A stretch of DNA of 22,041 bases. It comes from Octopus sinensis (lineage: Eukaryota). Below the pieces are notes generated by a model. That model made no database searches and was not told where the DNA came from. It saw only the letters and a list, made by a program, of their open reading frames with translations. Of this stretch, positions 1 through 9,014 are shown piece after piece (within the stretch, counting starts at the first letter, position 1; each line of letters begins with the position of its first letter). Location: the NCBI RefSeq assembly GCF_006345805.1, contig NW_021837012.1:1-22041 (forward strand). Direction: 5' to 3'. The translations under genes were made by a program, and so were the position numbers.

Positions 1-618
1 TGTCGCCAGTAGGGGTAGGAGCTTTCTAAACTTTGCTCAGGCTATTCGTATTCTAGTGGTGACACTCTCTGAGCATCCACCTTCACTACTAACTTGGTCA
101 CCCAGGTAGCGGAAACTATCAACTACTTCTAGTTTCTCCCCCTGGGGTGTGATGGAATCTGTTTTCTGAGTATTTGTGGTGTCTATTGTCCCTGTGCATC
201 TGCCGCACATGAAAGCTATCTTATCAATTAATTTCCCTTTGATGTTGCTGCACCTCTTATGCGTCCATAGCTTACACTGGGTGCATCTTATGGAGTTTCT
301 ACCTACACCTTTCCTACAGATCGAGCAGGGCCACCTGCCCGATGGGGTGTGTGCTGAGTTCGCCTTTCTGCTTACTATAACTTTGGTCTTTGCTACATTT
401 ACTCTAAGGCCCTTTGACTCTAACCCTTGTTTCCACACCCGAAATTTCTTTTCTAGTTCCGGTAGTGATTCTGCTATGAGAGCCAGGTCATCAGCATAGA
501 GGAGCTCCCAGGGGCAACCTGTTTTGAATTCCTCTGTTATTGCCTGGAGGACTATGATGAATAAAAGGGGACTGAGGGCTGAGATTTGGTGTACACCTAC
601 TTCTACCAGGAATTCTTC
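1..618 (-). pseudogene. RTE-like non-LTR retrotransposon ORF2 fragment: C-terminal half of reverse transcriptase with inserted PHD finger; premature stop; runs off the window edge
   Basis: Minus-strand translation EEFLVEVGVHQISALSPLLF...LLYADDLALIAES...GLRVNVAKTK...EKLEVVDSFRYLG. YADD is at 487-498. TGA at 37-39 falls inside RIA*AKFRKLLPLL (W expected). The N-terminal 42 aa of ORF 37..744 come from microsatellite and adjacent unrelated sequence. Confidence 0.9.
196..327 (-). other. PHD-type zinc finger (C4HC3) coding segment inside the RT
   Basis: CSIC-x10-CTQC-x4-HKRC-x14-CGRC, with W two residues before the H (WTH); 44 codons in frame with the RT. Confidence 0.8.
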
Positions 619-665
619 ATATATATATATATACATACATACATACATACATACATACATACATA
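619..665. repeat. (AT)n(ACAT)n microsatellite
   Basis: Directly visible. Confidence 0.95.
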
Positions 666-746
666 GGGACAACAAAATACAAAAAAAAATATGATGACCT
701 CGAAGACAGAATATTCCGGAATTGGTAACTTGATCTGTTAACACTT

Positions 747-1090
747 TTGAAGTGCTTTGAAGAGTGCCTTAGTAAAGTCAAGTCCTTCATTCGGAAGTAC
801 AACTCCGGAAACATACTAGTGATGGGTGATTTTAACCTCCCTTATGTGAACTGGCCCACAAATACTCTGAAGTTAGGCAAATGCTCTACATCAGATAGAG
901 CAGCAGCAGAACTGCTCTTTAATCTAATGGATGAATACTTCCTGACTCAGCTAGTGCTCGAACCAACGAGACAGAATAAAACGATCTTGGATCTGGTATT
1001 GACCAATCACTCTAGCTTCGTTCACAGTATTTCAGTTGAAAAAACTATCCTCTCAGACCTCGACATGATACTCTGCAATTTCAATTCCCG
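747..1090 (+). pseudogene. APE-type endonuclease fragment of the CR1-like LINE
   Basis: GDFNLP...EPTRQNKTILDLVLTN...LSDL (SDH motif mutated). Confidence 0.85.
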
Positions 1091-1666
1091 ACATATAAAA
1101 ACCAAACCAGCCAATACCACTCCATGGCACTCATTTGACAACATAAACTTCCACAAAGCGGACTGGGGAGCAACCAGAAAGGATCTGTCTTGCATCGACT
1201 TGTCTTTCACTCTCAATTCCACCCATACTGAGACCGCATGGCAGCACTTTGAAAACATTGTCACCTATACATGCGCTAAACACGCTCCCACGAAATCTAC
1301 TAACACAAACAGAAACCGGCTCCCTAAAAAGAAAAAAACACTCATCAGGCGCATCAAAAGACTCAACAAACAAAATCAACCAATTAAAATATTCCCACAT
1401 ACAACATCCAAATTCAACAACAATGAAAAGGCTAGAGCTGGAAAAACTTCATCTACAGAACGACATGAAAACCTCCATTGAAAATCAAAGAGCTGTGGAG
1501 GAACAGTGGGTAATCAAAAACATCAAACATAACCCAAAAGTGTTCTATTCTTATGCAAATAAGCATAGAACCACTGTCTCACCCATTGGGCCATTGATTG
1601 ATGATAACGGCATTCCCCAACACGATACTAAAGAAATGGTAGAAATACTGCAGAAATAATACTGCT

Positions 1667-3293
1667 TTGTCTGATATTGACGCAAGAGAAGCGAACGAAG
1701 TTGACCCTCAACATAAAATCTCAGACATAACCTTCACTGCCACTGACATCACAGCAGCAATAAATGAGATCAAATACTACTCTGCTGTAGGCCCTGATAG
1801 ATTCCCCGCTAGTCTCCTGAAGGAATGTAGACACCAACTTGCAGTCCCTCTGACCAACCTCTGGAGAAATTCGTTAGACGCAGGTTATATACCGAAACAG
1901 TTTCTATCCCAGTCAGTCATCCCGGTTTTCAAACAGGGAAACAGATCCCTCGCACTCAACTATCGCCCAATCTCACTCACCTCCCACATCATCAAAGTGT
2001 TTGAAAGAGTGTTAAGATCAAGGATAGCTGACTTCCTGGAGACCCACAAACTCCTAAATGCAAATCAGCATGGCTTTCGCTGAGGCAGGGACTGTCTAAC
2101 ACAGCTCTTACACCACATTGAAGATGTACTCAAAGCCTTGGGAACAGGTTCGAACTCTGATGTCATATATCTTGACTTCAGTAAAGCGTTCGACAGGGTA
2201 GACCATAATATCCTACTCTCAAAATTGGCAAATGTTGGAATCCGTGGAAAAGTTCTACACTGGATCAAGTATTTCCAGGCGAATATAACACATGTTGTAG
2301 TTGATGGAGTCCACTCAAGCCCAGCATAAGTCACCAGCGGTGTCCCCCAGGAGACTGTTTTGGGTCTGCTACTCTTCATAATTTACATAAACGACCTTTC
2401 CAGTGTCGTACATTACTGCAAAGTGAAAATATTTGCTGATGACACTAAGCTCCAGCAAATCGTCAATGAAGAAGCAGACCGAACTCAACTCCAGTCTGAT
2501 CTATATGCTGTGAGTCAATGGGCACACAGAGACAAAATGCAACTGAACAAGGGAAAATTTGAGCTGATGCATTTTGGAAGAAATTCCTCAATAAAAGGGG
2601 AACCGCTTACAGCCTCTAACAATATCAGACCTGGGTGTAATTGTTGATGACGATCTCAGTTGGAGTGCACACATCAACAAGAAGGTCGATATAGCTCGTA
2701 GGATGAGTTCCTGGATCTTAAGAACTTTCCGGTCCAGAGAACAAGGTGTCATCATACCACTTTTCTCCTCCTTTGTACGGCCACACCTCGAATACTGCTG
2801 CCCACTGTGGTCTCCTCACACAAGACAAAACATCTCCAGAATTGAGTCACCCCAGAGGGCACTCACTAAACGAATTGAAGGCATGGCTGCTGTCGATTAT
2901 TGGGATCGCCTTAAAGCCTTGAAACTTTACTCCCTCCAGCGTCGCCGTGAGCGGTACATCATTTGTACGATGTGGAAAATATACCGCCAACTAAGCCCAA
3001 ACGACCTGAACATTAGCTTCAAGGTTCATCCAAGACTTGGACCACGGGCTATACGTCCCCTGCCCAATTCAAGATCACAACATACATGTACACTGCAACA
3101 TAATTTCTTTTCCTCAACAGGCCCTGCCCTATTTAACATTGTCCCGAAAGAGATCAAAGAGCAACAGGATCCCATCAACTTTAAACGGAGTCTGGATAGA
3201 TTCCTTCAAGGAATACCAGATAAGCCACCCATAATTGGATACAACTCACCCAACAAAAACTCACTACTTGAATGGACCATAAACAAAGCTTGA
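1667..3293 (+). pseudogene. Reverse transcriptase and C-terminal region of the CR1-like LINE, broken into several frames
   Basis: ORF pieces 1667-2083, 2138-2329, 2360-2647 and 2703-3293 carry consecutive RT motifs. Confidence 0.9.
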
Positions 3294-3391
3294 CTTAAAC
3301 AGGATTCAAATAATCCTATCAGGTGGTGCTATTAAGTTAGACATGGCCTGGACCAATCTTTGGTCGAAACATATCTAAGTTTATCTAAGTT

Positions 3392-3620
3392 TATATACAA
3401 ATATACAAACATATATATACAAATCTATATACAAACACATACAAACATATATACAAATATATATACAAACATATATACAGACATATATATACAAATATAT
3501 ATATATACAAACATATATATATATACAACATATATACAAACACATATATACAAATATATATACAAACATATATACACAAATATATATACAAACATATACA
3601 TACAAATATATATACAAACA
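3392..3620. repeat. Compound (ATAC/AAAT/AT) microsatellite
   Basis: Directly visible. Confidence 0.95.
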
Positions 3621-4222
3621 TATGACCCTCTCCGTAACCTTCATTACCTGATCCAACAGCTTGATACCTGTTTAATTATTTGTATCTAAAGCGTCACCTT
3701 TACTTTTGTAGTAGTTGACTATTATGCTGCTACACCAGTCATTGGGTATGACTCCTTCGTGTATCAACTGGTTAACTATACAGGTGACCAGGCTATAACC
3801 AACACTGCCAGATATTTTGAGCATCTCTGCAGTAATTCCTGATGGGCCTGGGGCTTTTCCTGTCTTCATACTTCTAATTACCTTATCTACCAAAGAACTG
3901 TCAACTCGGATAGCTGGTCCCTCAGTTGGGTCGACATTCGGCAGACTCCCTTTCTCCCATTCATTTTCTTTATTCAGCAACTTTTTCATAGTGGCGTCTC
4001 CAAACCTCTCTCTTTGCAGCCACACTTAGCGCAAGTGAACCATTATCCATGCGAACACATTTCTCTCCTACCACGTCACGATTCTCTCTCACACACTGTC
4101 TTGCAACACGAAATACCTCAAGTCTTTTGTCCTCACGGCGCAGAACATTGGCAAATGTTTTCTTATCTGCTTCTCCTCTGGCTAAATAAACCTGCCTCCT
4201 AGCTTCCCTTCTGGCAGTCTGA
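3621..4222 (-). pseudogene. RTE-like ORF2 fragment: EN-RT linker and RT N-terminus, frameshifted
   Basis: QTARREARRQVYLA...EVFRVARQCVRENRDVVGEKCV / LLNKENEW...MKTGKAPGPSGITAEMLK...IPNDWCSSIIV...KGDAL / LLDQVMKVTERVI, ending at the microsatellite. Confidence 0.88.
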
Positions 4223-4228
4223 CACACT

Positions 4229-4321
4229 TCACCCATATAGTTAATCAGGATATATAGAAAGGTATTATACCCAATGACTGGCATAGCAGCATTGTAGTCA
4301 ACTGTTATAGGAAGACAGACG
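4229..4321 (+). mobile_element. Short diverged RTE-like RT fragment in opposite orientation
   Basis: Encodes GIIPNDWHSSIVVNCY; aligns by eye to the reverse complement of ~3692-3787. Confidence 0.75.
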
Positions 4322-4968
4322 TTAAATGATGTTGATATATTTTTTAGTATACATAACTGACTTCTACACGTCCTTCATGGATGATTCTATGATCCACAAA
4401 AACAGATGAATTATATCCAAAATGCTAATGTTGCTGCTACCAAAAGGTATTGAGGACTTGATGCTTTTTGTTTCAGTAGAGTTGCCCTTCCAACTATAAT
4501 CATCCTTATTTCTTTTAAATCTCTGAATTATCACCATTATCCCATTGCATGACATTTTGAGTCTATTGGGTACCTGGAAAATGAATAAAACCAGTCGTGT
4601 GTATCTCTTATTATAAAAGGCAGATTTTATCTGCCTCCCTTTGGGAGTTATACAAATCTACAATATAGGATTTCTTCAATTACAATTTACCTAGCATTTT
4701 TAAGAGTACAATGCATCGCGTCATGCCAGGTCCAGTTTTTAAAATTTAAACTCCAATTAAGCAAAATTTACAGAAAACTCACATTCTGGTGTGTGTGTCA
4801 AATGCTTTTCTTAGTCTGGTTTACACCACACGCAAACGCACACACACAGTGGGCAACGAATAAAATGAAAGTAATTCACTTACTGTAGTGAGTGATTCTT
4901 TCACTCTGCCTCCCACTTCCTTTTCCACACATAGACACGCAAATATATAAATAAAATTGTAAGCTAAC

Positions 4969-4982
4969 GTGCGTGTGTGTGA

Positions 4983-5016
<34 letters not shown>

Positions 5017-5095
5017 GTGTGTGTGTGTGCGCGCGCGCGTGTGTGTGTGTGAGAGGGTGTGTGTGTGTGTATGTGTGCGTGTGCGTGAGTGTGTG
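4969..5095. repeat. (GT)n microsatellite with (GC)n cores
   Basis: Directly visible. Confidence 0.95.
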
Positions 5096-5149
5096 ACAGG
5101 AAAGTTTTTTACGACGAATATAAGACCTATATCCAAGTAGCAGAAAGAT

Positions 5150-5412
5150 AAGACAGTAAGGTGTGATTTGAGGGAGATTTGGCTGCTATTTCTACCATGT
5201 CTAGCCGCCATGTAGGGGTCTCCCTCATAGGCTCATACATACATATATACATAGATAAGACAGTAAGGTGTGATTTGGGGGAAATTTGGCTGCTATTTCT
5301 ACCAGGTCTAGCTACCATGTAGGGGTCCCCCTCATTGGCTCATATATATATACATACACAAGACAGTAAGGTGTGATTTGAGGGAGATTTGGCTGCTGTT
5401 TCTACCAGGTCT
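5150..5412 (+). repeat. Three tandem copies (107 bp, 103 bp, partial) of a repeat fragment AAGACAGTAAGGTGTGATTTGAGGGAGATTTGGCTGCTATTTCTACC...
   Basis: Unit starts at 5150, 5257 and 5360; a related fragment lies near 7015-7045. Confidence 0.9.
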
Positions 5413-5479
5413 GTTAGGCCTTCTCATGTAAACTCAAGCTTTCTCATACCTTGAACATAAGACCAAAGCAGAGAATGTA

Positions 5480-5690
5480 TTCTTTTATTCTTCTGCTTTT
5501 TCCAACCATTGGTCTGTGGACATGCTGGGGCAATGCCTTGAAGAATTGTAGTTTAATGAATCAACTCCAGTTTTATTTTTGTAAGCATTGTACTTATTCT
5601 GTTTCCTTTGTCAAACCACTAGGTGACAGGGATGTAAACAAACCAACATTCGTTGTCAAGCAGTGGTGGAGGACAATCACAAGCACAGAC
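5480..5690 (-). mobile_element. 3' half of a tRNA-derived SINE (octopus OK/OR-like), diverged
   Basis: Matches the reverse complement of other SINE 3' halves in the window (GTACTTATTCT...AAACCACTAGGTGACAGGGATGTAAAC...GTTGTCAAGC). Confidence 0.7.
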
Positions 5691-5724
5691 ACGCACACAC
5701 ACATACATGCATACACATATACAC

Positions 5725-5759
<35 letters not shown>

Positions 5760-5767
5760 TATGTGTA

Positions 5768-6023
5768 TTGCAGCGTGGAAGGTGTTTGTAAGCCATTTAA
5801 GAAACACACAAAAACCGTTACATTCACTTCAACATTTAATTTAATTTGCCAAAAATTTTCGTCGCTTTGAGACCGCCACCTGTTCACTGACAAAATATCG
5901 TGCTAACAGGTCGCGGTCTCAAAGCGACGAAAATATTTTGACAAATTAAATTTAAATGTTGAAGTGAATCTAACGGTTTTTGTGTGTTTCTTAAATGGCT
6001 TATAACAACCTTCAACGCTGCAA
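5768..6023. mobile_element. Foldback element with ~115-bp inverted arms; probable Penelope-like inverted terminal fragment
   Basis: 5768-~5884 is nearly the reverse complement of ~5905-6023; short central spacer; TA/ACAT microsatellite on the left and (TA)n on the right after a ~65-bp extension. Confidence 0.85.
5845..5894 (-). ncRNA. Degenerate type I hammerhead-like motif with G3:C8 core (GUGAACA)
   Basis: Minus strand reads UUUGUCA GUGAACA G GUGGC GGUCUCAAA GCGAC GAAA AUUUU UGGCAAA. Stem I is 7 bp, stem II has one mismatch, stem III has lost one nt. The plus arm 5905-5945 keeps an intact stem II, GAAA, AATATT and the stem I 3' strand. Confidence 0.5.
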
Positions 6024-6188
6024 CTGTTTTCGTTCAAGCACACGATCTCAGATCAAGTCACTTGCTATGCAAGTACATCTCTGTAACTATATATATATTT
6101 ATATATATATATATATATATGTATATTGTAAAAACAGTAAGATAACAAAAGAAAGAAAGAGACCTCAATATTATGTAAATAGAGGAAA

Positions 6189-6580
6189 TCTTTATAGATA
6201 AAAGTGAGGTTGTGTGTCTGTCTCCTACGATTTAGATTCCTAACTACTCCCACATTTTGCGGTGCAGTTTAACCAAAACCGGGTATCTTATAGTCGTGAT
6301 TCATATCGAGACCGTCTGGGTATTAGCGCGCGTCTACGATGAGTCTACGATTTAAAAAAAATTTACTATCAATTTTTCCCATTTTTATCCATTTTTGACA
6401 TATATAAGGGAAGTAACTCTCTAAAATTTATTATTAAATCTCAGAACGTAAAAAGCTACAGTAACACCCTCCCCCTTTGTGGTTAGCCATATTGAGATGG
6501 CTATTATACTTTACATCTCTAAAAATGCTTATATAATTATTTCCCTTACAAACCCGAGCAACGCCGGGCGATACTGCTAC
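6189..6580 (+). mobile_element. Non-autonomous Helitron-like element
   Basis: A|TC 5' start (TCTTTATAGATAAAA); subterminal GC hairpin CCCGAGC-AAC-GCCGGG at 6553-6568; 3' CTAC|T (CTAG-like); sits between host A and T; no coding capacity. Confidence 0.7.
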
Positions 6581-6593
6581 TGTGTATATATAT

Positions 6594-6901
6594 GAGTGGC
6601 TGTGTGGTAAGTAGCTTGCTTACGAACCACATGGTTCCGGGTTCTATCCCAATGCATGGCACCTTGGGCAAGTGTCTTCTACTATAGCCTTGTGAGTGGA
6701 TTTGGTAGACGGAAACTGAAGGAAGCCCACCGTGTGTATATATATATATATTTGAGAGTTTGTGTATGTATATGTTCGTCCCCACCAACATCGCTTGGCA
6801 ACCGATGCTGTGTTTACGGCAAAAGAGACCGATAGAATAAGTACTAGGCTTACAAAGAATACGTCCTGGGGTCGATTTGCTCGACCAAAGTCGGTGCTCC
6901 A
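6594..6901 (+). mobile_element. tRNA-derived SINE (octopus OK/OR-like) with internal microsatellite and deletions
   Basis: A-box-like TGGCTGTGTGG, B-box-like GGGTTCTATCCC (6639-6650), CORE-like CCTTGGGCAAGTG, 3' half GAGACCGATAGAATAAGTACTAGGC...GTCGATTTGCTCGAC. Confidence 0.85.
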
Positions 6902-7199
6902 TCAAAAAAGAGAGAAAAACACGTTTTCACTCTCTAAATATCGACTTCTTTCATAAACAACCAAGTTGATTTGTTATTGGGCTCCTAGACTGAACAATTG
7001 CATGATCTTGTATGGATCTGAGAGTAATTTGACTGCTATTTCTAGCCACCCCAAGTTAGCCTTGTTAATCATGTGAACGTCTAAAGAACTGAAAGTTATT
7101 TTCACAGTTGACAAACCAAATTCTAGTCAAGAACTCGTTTAAAAATTGCTGAGCCTTAACAGAAACCATTAACATTTGAAGTAATAGACTTATTTTTAA

Positions 7200-7200
<1 letters not shown>

Positions 7201-7244
<44 letters not shown>

Positions 7245-7394
7245 TGTGTGTCTGTTTGTCCCCAAACATTGCTACACAACGGATGTTAGTCTGTTTACGT
7301 CCCCATAACTTAGAGGTTCAGCGAAAGAGATTGATAGAATAAGTACTAGGCCTACAAAGAATAAGTCCTGGGGTCGATATGCTCGACTGAAGGT
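7201..7394 (+). mobile_element. (GT)n tract followed by the SINE 3' half
   Basis: GTTTACGTCCCCATAACTTAGAGGTTCAGCGAAAGAG...GTCCTGGGGTCGATATGCTCGACTGAAGG. Confidence 0.85.
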
Positions 7395-7422
7395 GTATAT
7401 ATATATATATATATATATAAAT

Positions 7423-7555
7423 ACTGGAGCGCCGCCTTTAGTCGAGCACATCATACACAGCACTTCTTTGTAAGCCTAGTATTTATTCTAACTTGTTCTC
7501 TTTTGCCGAACCGCTAAAATGCAGGGAGTAAAACACACCTCTATCGGTTAAAAGC
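7423..7555 (-). mobile_element. SINE 3' half, inverted (first module of the macro-repeat; also at ~11214, 14432, 15938, 20617)
   Basis: CTGGAGCGCCGCCTTTAGTCGAGCAC...TTTTGCCGAACCGCTAA...ATCGGTT is the reverse complement of the SINE 3' half. Confidence 0.85.
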
Positions 7556-7567
7556 ATCAACAACTAC

Positions 7568-7810
7568 AGTCAATCGAAGATAATGACCAAACTGTCTACT
7601 CTTATCCACCAGTTCCAACACGATTTAACAAAAAACCAGACAAATTGCTTGACTAGATTTCACTGCAAAGCCAGTAACATCTATGGACTTCCCAAAATCT
7701 ACAAAAGTTAAGCCATAAACAAAACCTGTAACAAGTTAACTTCTATAGTCATAAATATTCCACACCCGAGAGATCTCCGAATGAGGCCAATTATGGCCGA
7801 TCCAGGTATG
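7568..7810 (+). pseudogene. Penelope-like retroelement RT N-terminal (fingers) fragment
   Basis: In-frame SQSKIMTKLSTLIHQFQHDLTKNQTNCLTRFHCKASNIYGLPKIYKS*AINKTCNKLTSIVINIPHPRDLRMRPIMADPG. YGLPKIxK...RPI are the conserved PLE RT motifs 1 and 2. One internal stop at 7709-7711. Confidence 0.8.
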
Positions 7811-8336
7811 TAGATACGGGGGGCATTGGGTGCTTAACACTTGCATATCTGACGTCGCTAAAGGTGCAATAAATTGAACTTCTTTTCATTTAGCAGTTAG
7901 TGATCTGCAAATGTGGGTATCTTTGAGATGCTTAAAGTGTTTGTTGTAGCTGTAATTGTCGCACACACACAAACGAATAAAAACACAGTCGCTCACACAC
8001 ACGTACACACACAAATAAAAACATTGGTATCTCTGATTTTTACAGAAGCGAGTACTCTTAACATTTCTACAAGAGTTTACTGGCTGTCGGAGGTCCTGTT
8101 TATATTGACTGTTGTTTTCACCAAGTCATTTATTTATTAAAAAATATATATATATATATATACATAAACTATGAGCTATGGTTAGATGTGTGTATTTCCA
8201 TTTCTACAGTCAACTACAGTCAATCGAAGATAATGACCAAACTGTCTACCAATTCAGACACTCAAACACGCGGACAAAACCAGAAATGAAAACAGTTACA
8301 TACCTGCACATGCACAAACACACAGACATACACATA

Positions 8337-8620
8337 TAGAAATGAAAAATACACAGTTACACATTCAAACTCTCACACTCACACACGCACAAACACACAC
8401 ACACACACACACACACCACCCCACAGAAATGAAAACACAGTTACACATTCAAACTCTCACACTCACACACGCACAAACACACACACACACACACACACCA
8501 CCCACACACAGAAATGAAAAATACAGTTACACATTCAAACTCTCACACTCACACACGCACAAACACACACACACACACACACGCACCCACACACAGAAAT
8601 GAAAACACAGTTACACAATC
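8337..8620. repeat. CA-rich minisatellite, ~65-75-bp unit (CAGAAATGAAAACACAGTTACACATTCAAACTCTCACAC...)
   Basis: About four units visible; paralogs at ~12283-12490, ~16740-16915 and ~21340-21480. Confidence 0.85.
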
Positions 8621-8970
8621 ACACATAAAACCCTAACCAGCACAAACATACAATTTATTCAGAATGTAAAGGGGCATTGGGTGCTTTGCACTCGCAGTTA
8701 GAATATCAGCTCCCTCCACGCCAGTATGAGAATTTCTTTCATCCACTTGTGAAATTAATACATTGTCGACACATGACAAAAATATGAGCAACATCTGAAG
8801 TCACTAAAGGTGCAATAAATTGAACTTATTTTGATTTAGTAGTTAGTGATCTCAAATGTATGTATCTTACAAATGGTCAAAGTGTTTGTTGTATTTGTAA
8901 GTGTCGCACACACACAAGCAAATAGAAACACTCAGTCGCTCACACACTCGCGCACACAGAAATAAAAACA

Positions 8971-9014
<44 letters not shown>

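Larger units (their letters stand above)
700..3391 (+). mobile_element. 5'-truncated, decayed CR1-like LINE (APE endonuclease C-terminal half, RT, C-terminal domain, 3' UTR with tandem-repeat tail)
   Basis: EN motifs VMGDFNLP, EPTR, ILDLVLTN. RT motifs YRPISLTS, NQHGFR, YLDFSKAFDRVDH, SGVPQ, FADD. C-terminal LEYCCPLWSP and SLQRRRERY. Multiple stops and frameshifts. ORF stop at 3293. 3' hairpin GACCA-ATCTT-TGGTC and tail TATCTAAGTT x2 (3372-3391). The 5' boundary is approximate. Confidence 0.9.

Noticed and set aside
2437-2443. CTGATGA motifs (also on the minus strand near 488-494 and 1343-1349)
   Set aside because: They fall inside LINE coding sequence (FADD/YADD codons or the linker region) with no downstream stem II and GAAA
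3340-3378. Hairpin GACCA-ATCTT-TGGTC followed by GAAAC, resembling hammerhead stem II plus GAAA
   Set aside because: No CUGANGA or compensated core upstream and no stem I; better explained as the LINE 3' UTR stem-loop
5768-6023. miRNA precursor or DNA-transposon MITE interpretation of the long hairpin
   Set aside because: The stem is too long and repeat-derived for a pre-miRNA; no clear TSD, and one arm extends asymmetrically. A MITE is not fully excluded.
7065-7200. Minus-strand ORF segment AQQFLNEFLTRIWFVNCENNFQFF as an exon
   Set aside because: No convincing splice sites or recognisable motif; the start codon lies in SINE/microsatellite sequence
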